From Bugula neritina (Eukaryota > Animalia > Bryozoa): a stretch of 64,000 nt of DNA. The stretch covers positions 6,024,729-6,088,728 of the forward strand of contig OZ037770.1 in the NCBI GenBank assembly GCA_964035545.1. Direction: 5' to 3'. The stretch's first letter is position 1, and each line of letters begins with the position of its first letter. The notes below the pieces were generated by a model. It had not been told where the DNA came from. It searched no databases and worked only from the letters and a program-made list of their open reading frames with translations. Positions 1 to 64,000 of the stretch are shown here, piece by piece. Both the position numbers and the translations under genes were made by a program.

Positions 1-747
1 GTCTGCGTCGACTTCATACAAGTGTCCTACGTAACAGTCTCTAGTCCGTTGGTGTCTCAGTATCGTGTCCCGGCAGAAGTGGTGGACTCCGCAGGGACAG
101 AAAGTCACAGTAAAGTGTTGTGGAACGTGTATTCTCAGTCCCCTAGTAGTCGATAGTATTCTTCTACATTCAGTGCATTGTCTATTGTCGTCCGTTCCTA
201 CTATTGCTTCTATCAATGTTCGAGTCCGTCGAGTCGTCCAGTTAGTCCGTCCCAGTAAGGCCCTTGGTAGTGCTAGAGTAGTGTCCTTGGCTACAGTCAA
301 GTCATCAGTCAAGTCGTTGGTATCAATTTGCATCGCAGTGTGTGTCGGGGAGTCCGTAAATGTTGCTAAATGTATGTCGGACAGCATGTCTACCCCTGCT
401 TCTGACATGCTGTCCCAGTTAGTCGTAGGCGTGTCAAGTAATGCCTGTATCTCGTCGGATACAGGCTCAGTCTCACCTGCAATAGAGTATTTAAATTTAA
501 TTACACTCTATGCGTGGGACTCCCGTTCCAAACAATATTAAATAATCGAGTCTCACTGTCACTCACTGATCGTGTAATCAGCTGAGTCGACTGTCCCACT
601 CTAATTATCAATATCATTCGCTGTCAGGAGTTTCAACTTTATCATTATGACAAAGTGAGACTGCTGTCGCTACCAGAATAAATTCTAATTAATTATTATA
701 GAATTTCTAGTAGACTTACCCCCCAAAACAGTTGCTGCATTAGACAT
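1..747 (-). CDS. Two-exon zinc-finger ORF3 of element A: join(747..720, 476..<1)
   Basis: ATG TCT AAT GCA GCA ACT GTT TTG GGG G|GTAAGT ... TTGCAG|GT GAG. Open to the window edge, encoding CTECRRILSTTRGLRIHVPQHFTVTFCPCGVHHFCRDTILRHQRTRDC. Not in the supplied ORF track. Confidence 0.75.
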
Positions 748-987
748 AATGATGCTGCTGCTTTCTTAGGGCTCGTAGATAGCCAAATTATTTATTGCAA
801 AAGACGTGCTGCCTGTTTGCTAGCTGTAATTGAAAAGAGCGCTCACAGCTAGAGTGCTTATGTAACACCCTATACGCTGTGATTTGGCTACGCTCTGCTG
901 ACCCCCGGCTGACCTATTCAATCCGCCACTGGGTCGCCTGCTATCAATTACCTCGCTCCCCCAGACTCCTTTGTGAATGTCGCCATA

Positions 988-3900
988 CTACAGAATACTG
1001 TGCATGTCGACCAAGTCACACAAGAAGTCTTTTAAATAAGATGGTGGCGCCCTGGTACGTTGGCTACGGTCCAACGGTACCGGGGAGTTTGCTGCGACTG
1101 GCGACTCTTCCACCACGGGTGGTGTCGCCAGTACGGGGGGGTCCACCAGTACGGGTGGCCCTCCCCCAGCTGCCTCTCCCTCAGTATCCTGAGGAATTTC
1201 CATCTCATCCGGAACGATGGGCCTGTCGACCGGCTCCACAGGTGGTGGGGCCGGCTCCGACAGGTCTTCAGGTGTGTCGACCTCCTCTTCCTGGGGTGGA
1301 GGAGGTTGGGGCTGGTCGGCTGGCGCATCAGCCGCCCCGTCCTGGTCTGGCAGTATCTCCTCAATCTCTCGATATGCCATGGGTCGCCCCCTCATAGGAG
1401 GGCGCCTAGCTGGCTCTAAGAGAGGAGGTGCTTGACCTGCCGCATCAGGACTTGCCCAGTGAGGTTTTAGCCGTGCCTCGTTCTGGACCGACACTTGTCC
1501 AGACCGTTCCACTTTGTATGTATGATTTGGCATTACCTCAATTACGCAGTAGGGACCTACGAACTTCGGCTGCAACTTGGCTGCCTGTCCGCGCCTGCGG
1601 CGATGACTGGTCATCCAGACCAAGTCCCCCACCTTGTATAAAGGTGGGTCGTCAGAGTCACCACTCCTGACCTGCCACTGCTGCTCACGTAGCACCTCGT
1701 GAGCCGTCCCCATGCGTTTTACGAGCTTGTCCACGTAGTCGTGGACATTGCTCTCTGGATTCGGAACATGATAGGTTACGTGCTCAGGAACCCTTGTTTC
1801 TCTCCCCAGCATGAGAATTAGGGGTCTCCAGTGTACTGGAGTGAGGGGTACTACGGTACGCTCGCATGATCTGCGGCAACACCAAGTCCCACTCTTCTTG
1901 GCTCCTACCGATAAGCAGGCTTCTCAGAGAGTCCCCTAGCATTCGGTTGTTCCGCTCCACGACCCCGTTCTCTTGCGGGTGATACGGGGTCGTCCGACTC
2001 TGGTTTACCCCCCACATTCTACAGAGATCGCTCATAAGTTGCGACTGAAACTGGGCGCCCTGGTCAGAGTGTATCTGCTCCGGCAAGCCGAAATAGCAGA
2101 ACACCTGTTGATCCAGAGCTCTGGCCACCGAGGGGGCCGACGCATCTGGAATAGCCAGTGCATCAGCCCACCGCGTGAAATGGTCAGTTAATACCAGTAT
2201 CCAGTTATTACCTCTCGCTGTAGTGGGCATGGGGCCTACCAGATCGACAGCAACCACCTGCCACGGACGACCGGCATGGAGGCGACGCCTCCCTGCGGTC
2301 TCAGTGGGGCGGCCATGCTTGCTAGCTTGACACACCTCGCACTTCCGCACCCGGAGTCGGACATCCCGGGTCATACCGGGTCAAAACCACTGGAGTTGAA
2401 GACACCTGATCACCCGGCTAGCTCCTGCGTGAGCTTGCTTATGGGTGTCCCAGATCAACTCCCGCCGCAGAGCTGACGGGCAGACTACCCTCTCTCGTTC
2501 ACTGCGATTGGTGCCGACTGCCAACGTGATCGTTAGCAGCCCATCGCTGTTGAACCTTAGGGAGTCCCAGCGGTCACAGAAGTACTTAAACTCAGTACTC
2601 TTCACTCGCTGTTCGGCCTCACTCGGCCGCCGTCCCTCCTTCTTGGCCCGGACTAGGTCAGCTACCACTCCTGATAGCGTGGACTGGAGCCGACATAGCT
2701 CCTTGACGTTCCGAAGCAACGTGGGGTTTGCGTGAAGGTTGTTAACAGCTTTGTTGGGTGATTCGGACAGGAGTTGCCCTTCTTCCCAGCTGTACAAACC
2801 CGCTTTCCCCAACTGCGCTTCGACGTCCGAGCGAGGGGGTCCACCGTCCCTGCGCTCGATATTCTGGCATTGCTTACACCCATCTGCCTGGCGGCGGCTG
2901 AGTCCATCTGCATTACCGTGTTTCTTACCAGGCCGATGCTCGATCCGATAAGAAAACTCTGCCAGGATCTCTAGCCAGCGCGCCACTTGGCTGGATGGTT
3001 CTGCCCGTCGACACAGCCATATCAGGGACGCATGATCCGTCCGAAGCCGGAATGTGCGCTCATATAGAAATGGTCTAAAGTGTTTGACCGCCTTGACTAC
3101 TGCCAAGAGTTCCCTCCTGGTTGTACAGTAGTTTTTCTCAGGCGCCGACAGGGCCTTGCTATAGTAAGCCACCACCACCTCGCGACCATCTTGGACCTGC
3201 GATAGCACAGCCCCCACATTATGGTTACTGGCATCAGTATCCAAAATGTACTCCTTCGCAGGGTCAGGATACGCCAAGATGGGTGCTTCCACCAGGCGAT
3301 CCTTCAGGTGGTCAAATGCCTTCTGCTCAGCCTGCGTCCACTGCCATCGCACCCCCTTTGCGGTCAGCCGATTTAACGGCTGTGCAATTCCTGCGAAGTC
3401 TGGTATGTACTGACGATAGTACCCAACCAGCCCCAGGAATGCCCGCAATTCAGAGAGGTCGACAGGAACGGCCCAGTCCCTCACGGCCCGTACCTTCTCG
3501 GGGTCGGTGGCGACCCCGTCTCGACCAACTACATGGCCCAGGTACTTGACCCCGGGTTGCAGTAATGCACACTTCGAGGGCTTCAGCTTCAGGTTAGCAG
3601 CTCGGAGTCTGTCGAACACCTCCCTGAGTCGACTGACATGTGTGTCGAAGTCGGGGGAGATGACGATGACATCATCGAGATATATGAGCAAGGTCTTCCA
3701 GTGCAGTCCACTCAGGACCGGCTCCATGAGTCGCTGGAAGGTGGCTGGTGCGGACGTAAGTCCGAATGGCAACACCTTCCATTTCCAGAGCCCATCCCGC
3801 GTTATGAACGCGGCCTTGTCCTGTGCTTCAGGACTCAGGGGCACCTGCCAATACCCGCTTAGCAAGTCCAACGTGCTGAAGAACTTGCTACCAGCTAAGG

Positions 3901-5491
3901 CATCGAGCGACTCATCGATCCTCGGGAGAGGGTAAGCGTCCTGGATGGTCACGCTGTTCAGCCTGCGATAGCCAACGCAAAACCTCCAGCTACCATCCTT
4001 TTCCCGAACCAGGACAACTGGAGAACTCCAGGCCCCATGGCCTGGCTCAATCAGGTCCCGGTTCAGAAGGTCTTGCACCTGACGGCTCACTTCTCTCTCC
4101 TTCTCAGGACCTAACCGGCGGGTCGGCTGCCGAATCGGCACCGTCCCCGCCGCCAGGGGTATCTCATGACGAACCGTCTCAGTCAGACCCATGTCATGGT
4201 CGCCGCAACTGAACACGTCCTTGTACTCAGAGAGTAGCCGCGCCATCTCCAGGCGTTCTCGCTTGCTCTCGCAGCCATCACAGGCATCCTCGTACAACTC
4301 TGCTACGTGTTCAGGCACCGGCCCCCTGCCGTCTCTAGTGGGTACTCCCCGGGCACCGCCCGCTGTTTCCAGCGCAGGCCCTACATCCTCCTCTTGCACG
4401 GAGTGGAACTTCCCTACTAGAGACCCAGCCGGTAATTCTACCGGCTCCGTGAAAGGGTTTACGCACTGGACCAGGAACTCCCTCCGCTCATCCAGTCTAT
4501 TCAGACTGTTAGCGAGCTGGATGCCCCCCAGTGCACCTTCCACCACTCCGAGCTCGGAGATCTCCCTACAGTTCACTCTGCAGCGAACTGTAGCACGGGA
4601 GCGCCCAGGTACAGTACAGCGCTGTACCACCTGCACTCCCCCCAACAAGGGTCGGCCAAATCGGTCGACACAGGCCAGCTCACGCCCCGCCATCACTACT
4701 GCCGACTTGCTAAAGTCGATGTAGCACCTGTGTCGCTTCAGAAATGGCATGCCCAAGATGGCATCTTCCTTGAGTTGACTGACGATGAAGGTCTCACTGA
4801 TCATCTGATCACGGACTCTACCAGTCAACTGGATTACCCCATAGAAAGGAATACACGACCCGTCCGCCAACGTGCCGTGTTCCCCCTCATATGGTTCTAG
4901 GCTAGCCCTGTCCTTGGCACTGAGAGTGTCGAAGAGACGTCGACTCAGTAGATTTGTGGTACACCCAGTATCCAACAGGAATGTGGCAGCTTTACCAGCA
5001 ATTTTGCCGGGGAGGAAATAGCTGCTTCCATATGGCTGGGCGTTCACTGAGTGATTTGTCTCTTGAGGCGACACCTCATGTGCATGGAATTGGGGATGCA
5101 CCTGTGCTTTTCGGTTGCGAGGGGGTCGTCGACGTTGCATGGGCGGGCAGGGTACGTCTCGGTCTCGCTCACACACGGGCGGCCGAGTGAATTCTCGGAC
5201 TGATGCTCGTGTGGGCAACCGAGGAAAATCCCTGTTGTGCTCCCATTCATCGTTCACTCCCTCATCAAGCAAACCTTCAAAGCGGTTTTTTAGTGCCCAA
5301 GCCGGAGGTATTGGTGGGCCTTGCGGCCGACTCACTCTCCTTGGGGCTTGCCACTCTGGCGAAGGCGGCCTCCTCACCCGATGGGGTGGGGGCCGTAGCC
5401 TTTGCCTTGGGGGGTTAAACTGGGGCCCACGGTAGGCGGAAGTTACCGTGGCCCGTCGCTGTTTAACCGCCTCCCACTGCCGCTGGGGCAA
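988..5491 (-). pseudogene. pol: Pol of element A (PR, RT, RNase H, IN), disrupted
   Basis: LLDTGC, YLDD, TDAS, HSDQG..E and QPKFVGPY motifs. In-frame TGA at 2381-2383 and a frameshift near 1812. Confidence 0.92.
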
Positions 5492-6312
5492 CTTCGTAGG
5501 AAGTGCCCACCACTACCACAGCCCCAGCATACGGGGCCGCGCCTGTCGGCGACAGCTACCGACGACCTCTTGGGTCTCTCGGCTGTCGCCTGCTGGCGCA
5601 GTTGCCTGAACTCGGCGAGCAGTTCTCGAATCAAGCTCGTGGTTAAGCTAGATTCGTCTGCTGCTGCCGCTGCGACTTGTACAGCTGTCTTCGTTGACGA
5701 CGTCGACACGTCGTCTGCCCCGACTTGCTGTATTGTCGCGCCAGGTCGACTTGCACTGTCGGCTTGGAAATAGGCATTCCCAAGCCTTAGAGCTCTCTCC
5801 ATAGTCTCAACTTCGGCCACCAGCAGATGCTGTTTAAGACCGAGGTTGTTAATAGACTGGAGGAATGCATCCAGTGCTAGGCTCTGTCGACCATCGGCAG
5901 GCAAGTCGCTGTAAGCAACTTGTGCCAGTCGTTCGACTACGGTAGCGTGCTCTCGCAGATTGGTCTTAGGATTTCTCCTAAGACTCTGCAGTTGCACGCG
6001 AGCATCTTGAGCGGTTAATCCAAACCTAGCTCGTATTGCTTCAAATATGTCACCGACATTCTGGCTTATCCCATAGGGTTTAGCCGGCCCTGTCAGACAC
6101 AACCGCAGCTGGATCAGAGTAACCCTGTTCGGCCATCCGCAGATGTCCGCCACATCACTGAACTCAGTGATGAATTGCTCCACATCTTCTTCTCCAGAGA
6201 AGGTGGGAGCCCGCAAGTGGTACCTGTCCATAGGCAGCGCTGGGCCGCCTATGTGATCCTCCTCCATTGCTGCTGGCTCCTGTCGGGGCGCGTCGACGAC
6301 TTCGTCGGCCAT
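5443..6312 (-). CDS. gag: Gag of element A with CCHC zinc knuckle
   Basis: CWGCGSGGHFLRSC; overlaps the pol frame. Confidence 0.9.
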   Translation of the reverse strand: MADEVVDAPRQEPAAMEEDHIGGPALPMDRYHLRAPTFSGEEDVEQFITEFSDVADICGWPNRVTLIQLRLCLTGPAKPYGISQNVGDIFEAIRARFGLTAQDARVQLQSLRRNPKTNLREHATVVERLAQVAYSDLPADGRQSLALDAFLQSINNLGLKQHLLVAEVETMERALRLGNAYFQADSASRPGATIQQVGADDVSTSSTKTAVQVAAAAADESSLTTSLIRELLAEFRQLRQQATAERPKRSSVAVADRRGPVCWGCGSGGHFLRSCPSGSGRRLNSDGPR

Positions 6313-6348
6313 CTTACTCCCTGACTAGGGGCATTTGTATTAAGTGAG

Positions 6349-6366
6349 ATCCCACCGCTGCCACCA
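6349..6366 (-). promoter_or_regulatory. Primer-binding site, tRNA-Leu type
   Basis: TGGTGGCAGCGGTGGGAT, complementary to the 3' end of eukaryotic tRNA-Leu(AAG/TAG) (...ATCCCACCGCTGCCACCA). Confidence 0.85.
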
Positions 6367-7363
6367 GTGTAGTGAATTTTGCCAGTTCACTATTATTATT
6401 TGTGGGTCTACTTAATCAAAGCCACTGCGACAGGTTGTTTACGATAAGATACTTTATTATTTACACAAATACAAGAAGGTTATTTACTGCTAACATGAAT
6501 AGAAAACGATTACATAATTAGTGAGCTTTGATACACAACTGTTCTAAATGAAGTCCCAAGCTGCTCTGCCGGCTAGCTACTCAGCGCACTGCAACTACGA
6601 GTAGCTAGCTCCACCTGCTATCAATTAGTGTCACTGTCCTGATTGGTGGCTACTAATGGTGCCACTACTGTCCATAGTTACACTCCGACAGTGTCGAACT
6701 CGCAAGATACATAAACAATATAGAGTAACCTTTTCGATTAACATAATAGGAATTGCACTACTAAAATCTATCACAATACATCAAACTGTAGTTTTAGATG
6801 TAAAAGTAATGTAAGATTATTAATGTATACATTTTCGATTTCACACCAAATACTAATGTGAAGAACATGCAGATGTTTGGTTGTATCCATCACTATTCAT
6901 TGTTATCTTCATCTGTGTGCAGTGTTTGTATTTCCAACTCTTTAGTAAATGTATGTAAGCCTTGAAATATGAAAGATAACAGATAAGTAAGTGTTGATGC
7001 TATGCCAATTCAATTTAATAGATACTGATAAACACATAATCGCTAATTTCTATACTTTTTATGTCAACAATTAAACTAATGCTTTGAAAAATCATTTAAT
7101 GTGTAAAATAATGCAAGCAGCTCGGTTAGAGTTGTCTTATTTTAAAGCAAGAAACATTGCTCTGGAAATTTCACAAAAAGTGATTGATGATGAAGAGTCT
7201 AAAGCTATCCAACAAAATATGTGTTTTAGATATAGATATGATTATTGGAATCCATCATAAAATAAATATCTTTAAACTGTGAGTAACAGGTGTCAGAATG
7301 ATAGACATCACCTGCTAGCACTGTGTAATAATCAAACTGTTACTGCATGATGTTACAGAGGAT

Positions 7364-59477
<52,114 letters not shown>

Positions 59478-59684
59478 GTTTGTGTCTCACAATCTTTTGT
59501 TGTTTCAAGCATTTAATAATTCACATCTTCAAGATTATCTTGGTTACATAACTCATCAGGCTGATTGTTCTGTATTCAGTGCAAATTTGTATTTTAAGTG
59601 GTTTTGATAGTGTTCTAAAAATTGAATGTATAATTGTGGTTGCAGTATAATTGGAATAAACCCTTTTCAGAGGTCCTCAATGTC

Positions 59685-62600
59685 TGCTAACTGCTGACGT
59701 AGAATATTGATAGCGTTTATTTAATATGAATTATACATGAGTGAAATAAAATACATAAGTGTGAAAAATTACATAACTTGACAAACACTATGCATGCAAT
59801 TTAACTATCCAAGCGCTACTATCCAACTACGCGCAGCTGATGCATGCTGGTAATGATCGTACATCATTAGCTCCACCTCAATGCATTGGCTCCATCTCAA
59901 GCATTAGCTCCATTTTAAAGCATCAGCTTTATCCCAGTTAGCCACAGCTACTGATGCAAGCTGCTAATAATCGTAAGATCATTAGCTCCATTCCAATTGG
60001 CTGATCATATCCATTATCTGGGGAGATAGCACAAAAATGTATTAAATATTAGGCTGGTCGTAGCTTAGCAAATCTTGGATGATGCACATTAGGGTAGCAG
60101 AGTAAACATAGAAGTTGTCTTTCTGACATATCATAATTCACCCCACTCCCCTGACCTGTCTGAAGGCATGGCTGCCAATAACTAAGTTATAAATAAATAA
60201 AAACAATAATGACGACCACAAAAAAAATAGGTAACTAAGAAAGTATAAAACACACACAGAAGAGTTAACATTTAAAAATATGGCGCTAACACCACCGCCG
60301 TAAGGATACAAAACATAATATTTACATTCAATGCACTGCCCCACGACCCGAAATGGAAAACAAATACTTACAATAATGCAAGAACTCATACCCGCGAGCC
60401 GAAACAACCAACAACAATATAATTGTCATGGTATGTCTTGTTCAGCTAGCGGTGTGCCTGTCGAAGAGTTCCTGCAATCGAGCTAGCTCTGAGGCTGTTT
60501 TTTGTTGCTCCTTTCACTGTCGTTTAAAGCGTCATTGTAGCTTTTCTCAGTTAGTACAGATCTTAGCATCTATTCTGTCATTAGGGCTTGTCGTAGTCCT
60601 CCATCTCTTCCTTCTCTCCCGGTGTGATGCGGGAGTAGAAGATGACTGAGAGGGGAAAAGCTGAGTGGGCTCCTTTACTGACCGACCAGCGCGAGTCACA
60701 TCACAAGAAGAGAACGCATCTGTACATTCTCCAACACAGAGACTACAGGGTCAGAGTTGAAGCCAGTGGTATCGGAGTCGCTTTACACTGTCGGTCGAGT
60801 ACTGCTAAACCCCCGCAGAAATGACTCCTGTCGTGATGGAGAGGATACATGGGGAACGATCAAGTCCCGGAATTCCACATAGGAGTCTTGATCTATATTG
60901 AATTAGTGGCCGACATAGCATTGCTGAGTCTTTTAATGACGGAGAATAGTGTCTTTTTAAAAATGGTGGACGCCACCAGGACAAAATATTACTGTGAAAT
61001 GCAATGACACATGCACACGCAGTCGTTTCATGGTGGAGAAGGTGCGCCGGCACTCGTCACATTTACTATTAGTATCCGGTCCGATGATCGCCTGTACTAA
61101 CATCGTCGTGCGCCTGCGGGTAGAGTTTGCCTTTTTTAGTAGAGCCTCTGGTAAGGCCAAAGCATCGCTGGTAGCGCTTGCATACTGTGAACATCCACGG
61201 AGGATGCTCGGTCAGGTGTGTACCAAAATGTAGGTCAAACAGCTTCTCCAAACCGGCAACGGATATGTCTTCCCACTGTGAAGTAAGGGCATCTAACAAG
61301 TCCTGCACCCCGAGGTACCCAGGTGCATAATCATTTGGAACAGAGTACATCGATTTAACTGTAATCAGTTAACGAATCACACTCTCCCTTGTAGAGGACT
61401 CTAGCTAGTCAGTACGACACTGCGACCGAGTTGATTAATCAGCAACCTTCTGGCTTCTATAAATCATCCGGGTGATTACTCAACTCCAGGTCATCAGTGA
61501 AATCACCTGACGTCAGGAGTCCAACTTTGTCAATATTTTAAAGTGAGACTGTAGTTGGCTACTAAGCTAAGATCTACTTAAATAGCTGAAATTCACTTGT
61601 GACTTCACCTCCTAAAATAGTCAGTGTCATATTGTCTTTTTAGGACTCCTAGCTGCCAATGGTCACGCAGACGTGCTGTTATTTCGACAGTTAGAATTGA
61701 AAAGGTCGCTCTACACGGCAAGAGTGATTACATAACAGCCCTCTAAGCCGGTGAGTTGGCTCGGCACCTGCTGAACCCCGAGCTGACCTAATGTATATGC
61801 AACTGGGAGATACAACTCTCAATTTCTGCCTCAAGACTTCCTTCGTATGACTGACGACTTATAATATAGTATGCCAGTCAACTAAATCACAAAAGATGTC
61901 TTGAACATAAGTTGGAGGAGCCCTAATACGTTGGCTACGTTCCAATGGTACTGGGGGAGCTGCTGCCGCTGGTGATTCCACCACTACGGGTAAGGTCTCT
62001 GGTGCGGGGGGGGGGTTCACCGGTACAGGTGGGTCTTCCCCAGCTCTATTACCCTTCTCAATTTGAGGAGTCTCCATCTCACTGGGGGCTGCAGGTATGT
62101 TTGCCGGCTCCACTAGTGCCGCCTCTTCCGGTCTCTGCACTATAACCTTCAACTCCCTGTCAGCCATAGCTCTTCCCCTCATGGTCGGACAGCGCGTAGG
62201 TTGCAGAAGTGGCTGAGCCTGCCCGGTTGCATCAGGGCTCGCCAAATATAGCTTCAGGCGGGCTTCACTCTGAATTGACACTTGATCCGAATGTACCATC
62301 TTATGTGTGTGATTGGATATCACCTCGGTCAAGCATTAGGGACCCATGGAATTTGGCTGTAACTTGGCTGCCTGTCTGCGCCACTAGCAGTGACCGATCA
62401 TCTAAACACAATCTCTTTCTTTATAAAAATGGCGGTGGTCAGAGTCTTCACTCCTTAACCGCCATTGCTATTCACGCAAAATCTCGTGAGCCATCCTTAC
62501 CCTAGTAATGAGATCATCCACGTACTCATGGACATTGCTCTTTGGAGCAGGAACCTGGTAGGTTAAGTACTCATGAAACCTCCTTTTTCTACTGAGCATG

Positions 62601-64000
62601 AAAGAGTTCAGGTTAGCCAGTGTGCTGGAGTGAGGGGTGCCACGGAATGCTTGCCTACTCTTTTTGACTTCTACCCAGTAGCAGGCTTCTCAGCTAGTCG
62701 CCTAGCATACGGTTGCTCCACTCAACAATCCCATTTCCTTGCGGATGATATGGGTTGACTCTTCTGGTTTTACAGAGATCCCTTATGAGTTCCGACTGAA
62801 AGTGGGCACCCTGATCAGTGTGTCTGGCAAGCCTAAATAACAGAATGTGTTCTGATCCCAGGCTCTGGCCACCATAAGGCAATAGCCAGAGGATCAGCAC
62901 ATCGCATAAAGTGGTCATTTGACACCAGTATCCAGTTTTTACTTTTTTCAGCTGTGGGCATGGCGCCCACACCTCTGCGGCAACTACTTGCCACAGACGA
63001 CCGTCATGGAAGCGAGGTCTCCCCGCAGTCTCAGTAGAGCAGCTGTGCTTACTAGCCTGGCATGTCTCACACTTCCACACCTAGAGTGGGAAATTCCGGG
63101 ACAATACCACCGGAGCTGCAGACACCTGGCACAGGATAGTTAGGGGCATCCTCACTAAGAATATCATAAATTTAGCTCACAATATAGTCTAGGTTCTTGC
63201 TATAATATTGTTCTGTGAGTGGCATGTGTATTGCCTGCTTGTGTATGTTCAGCCTGATATTAAACTATGACCAATAAACAGCAACCTCAAATAGGGCTGC
63301 ATTATATTTCAACATTCCATTTTGGCTACTCTATAAATAAATTACACACCAAGCTATTCACAAGCTTGTAGGCTAGCAGGTGTGTAATTAGTAATGGACA
63401 CGCAAATATCTTCTCATCTCTACGCGTTCACTGAAGCGCGAAGTGATGCGCAGTGCCTATTAGTAAAGAAAAATTATCACATTTTCAGTGTATAAATCAC
63501 TAATTTATAGAAAATCTATAAAGGCTATCAGGAATATTACAAAAATCGCGCTGCAGAAATATCTCAGGATTCCAAGAATACTTTCTTTTTTCAGATATTA
63601 TGTTTTCCTGCTGAGATATTTTACTGGTACTGACATGATGTTTTTTTAGCTGAAAATAGGGGAAAATGGGTTGTTTTTTGTCTGTAGCTTAGCCAGAATA
63701 TGGAAATGTAAAACTTCCAAAAACCCGGGCTGAGGAAGAATGCTATCAACAACATAGCTTTTAAATTTTGATTCTAGCACAATTAGGTATGGTTACCCGC
63801 CCAGGTTTAGCATGAGCTTGCTTATGAGTATCCCAGATCAGCTCCCGGCAAAGGACAAATGGACAAACTACCCTCTCACGTTCCTGGTGATTTGCACCGC
63901 ATGCTAACGTTATCGTTAGCAGCCCATCACTATTGAACTTTAGGGAGTCCCAATGGTGACAGAAATAATTGAACTCTGCACACTTGACCCATTGTTCAGC
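59685..64000 (-). mobile_element. Degenerate gypsy element E (related to A); 5' part beyond right edge
   Basis: Integrase remnants at 61859-63080 and 63795-64000; zinc-finger ORF3 remnant about 60430-61630; PPT-like GGGGAGTGGGG near 60141-60151. LTR about 59685-60140 (approximate), interrupting a MITE-1 start at 59658. Confidence 0.82.
63130..63791. mobile_element. Second copy of the 51-kb CACAG element, right end incomplete
   Basis: CACAGGATAGTTAGGGGCATCCTCACTAAGAATATC start; internal similarity to 50999-51754. Confidence 0.75.

Larger units (their letters stand above)
1..6762 (-). mobile_element. Ty3/gypsy LTR retrotransposon A (3' end beyond left edge)
   Basis: Order gag-PR-RT-RNaseH-IN. 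5' LTR about 6368-6762 (outer edge approximate). PBS at 6349-6366. Confidence 0.93.

Noticed and set aside
65-541. 158-aa + strand ORF
   Set aside because: It is the antisense shadow of the minus-strand zinc-finger ORF3 of element A.
6349-6366. tRNA gene
   Set aside because: Only the 18-nt primer-binding complement is present, with no cloverleaf.
59860-59995. Short CATTAGCTCC repeats
   Set aside because: Ordinary internal repeats within the LTR of element E.

Overview
AT-rich animal (probably invertebrate) genomic DNA; the species cannot be determined from this window. The host gene on the + strand has an N-terminal exon (7359-7590) followed by 24 tandem 138-nt exons (8195-59477). Every one is open, bounded by phase-2 splice sites, and encodes two 23-aa leucine-rich repeats. 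The framework residues are nearly invariant, while the concave-face residues are hypervariable. The array shows higher-order duplications (1991 bp and 2417 bp), chimeric exons and exon-loss scars. The gene probably continues past the right edge. It looks like a cassette-diversified intracellular LRR receptor locus, which is an inference. About two thirds of the window is transposon DNA, none of it interrupting an exon. This includes five Ty3/gypsy LTR elements, two RTE LINEs, Penelope-like fragments with hammerhead ribozymes, a Tc1 element, CACAG-terminated DNA elements, two MITE families and (TA)n tracts. Four related gypsy elements carry, downstream of pol, an extra zinc-finger gene. In three of them it is clearly split by a phase-1 spliceosomal intron and preceded by a conserved promoter-like motif pair.
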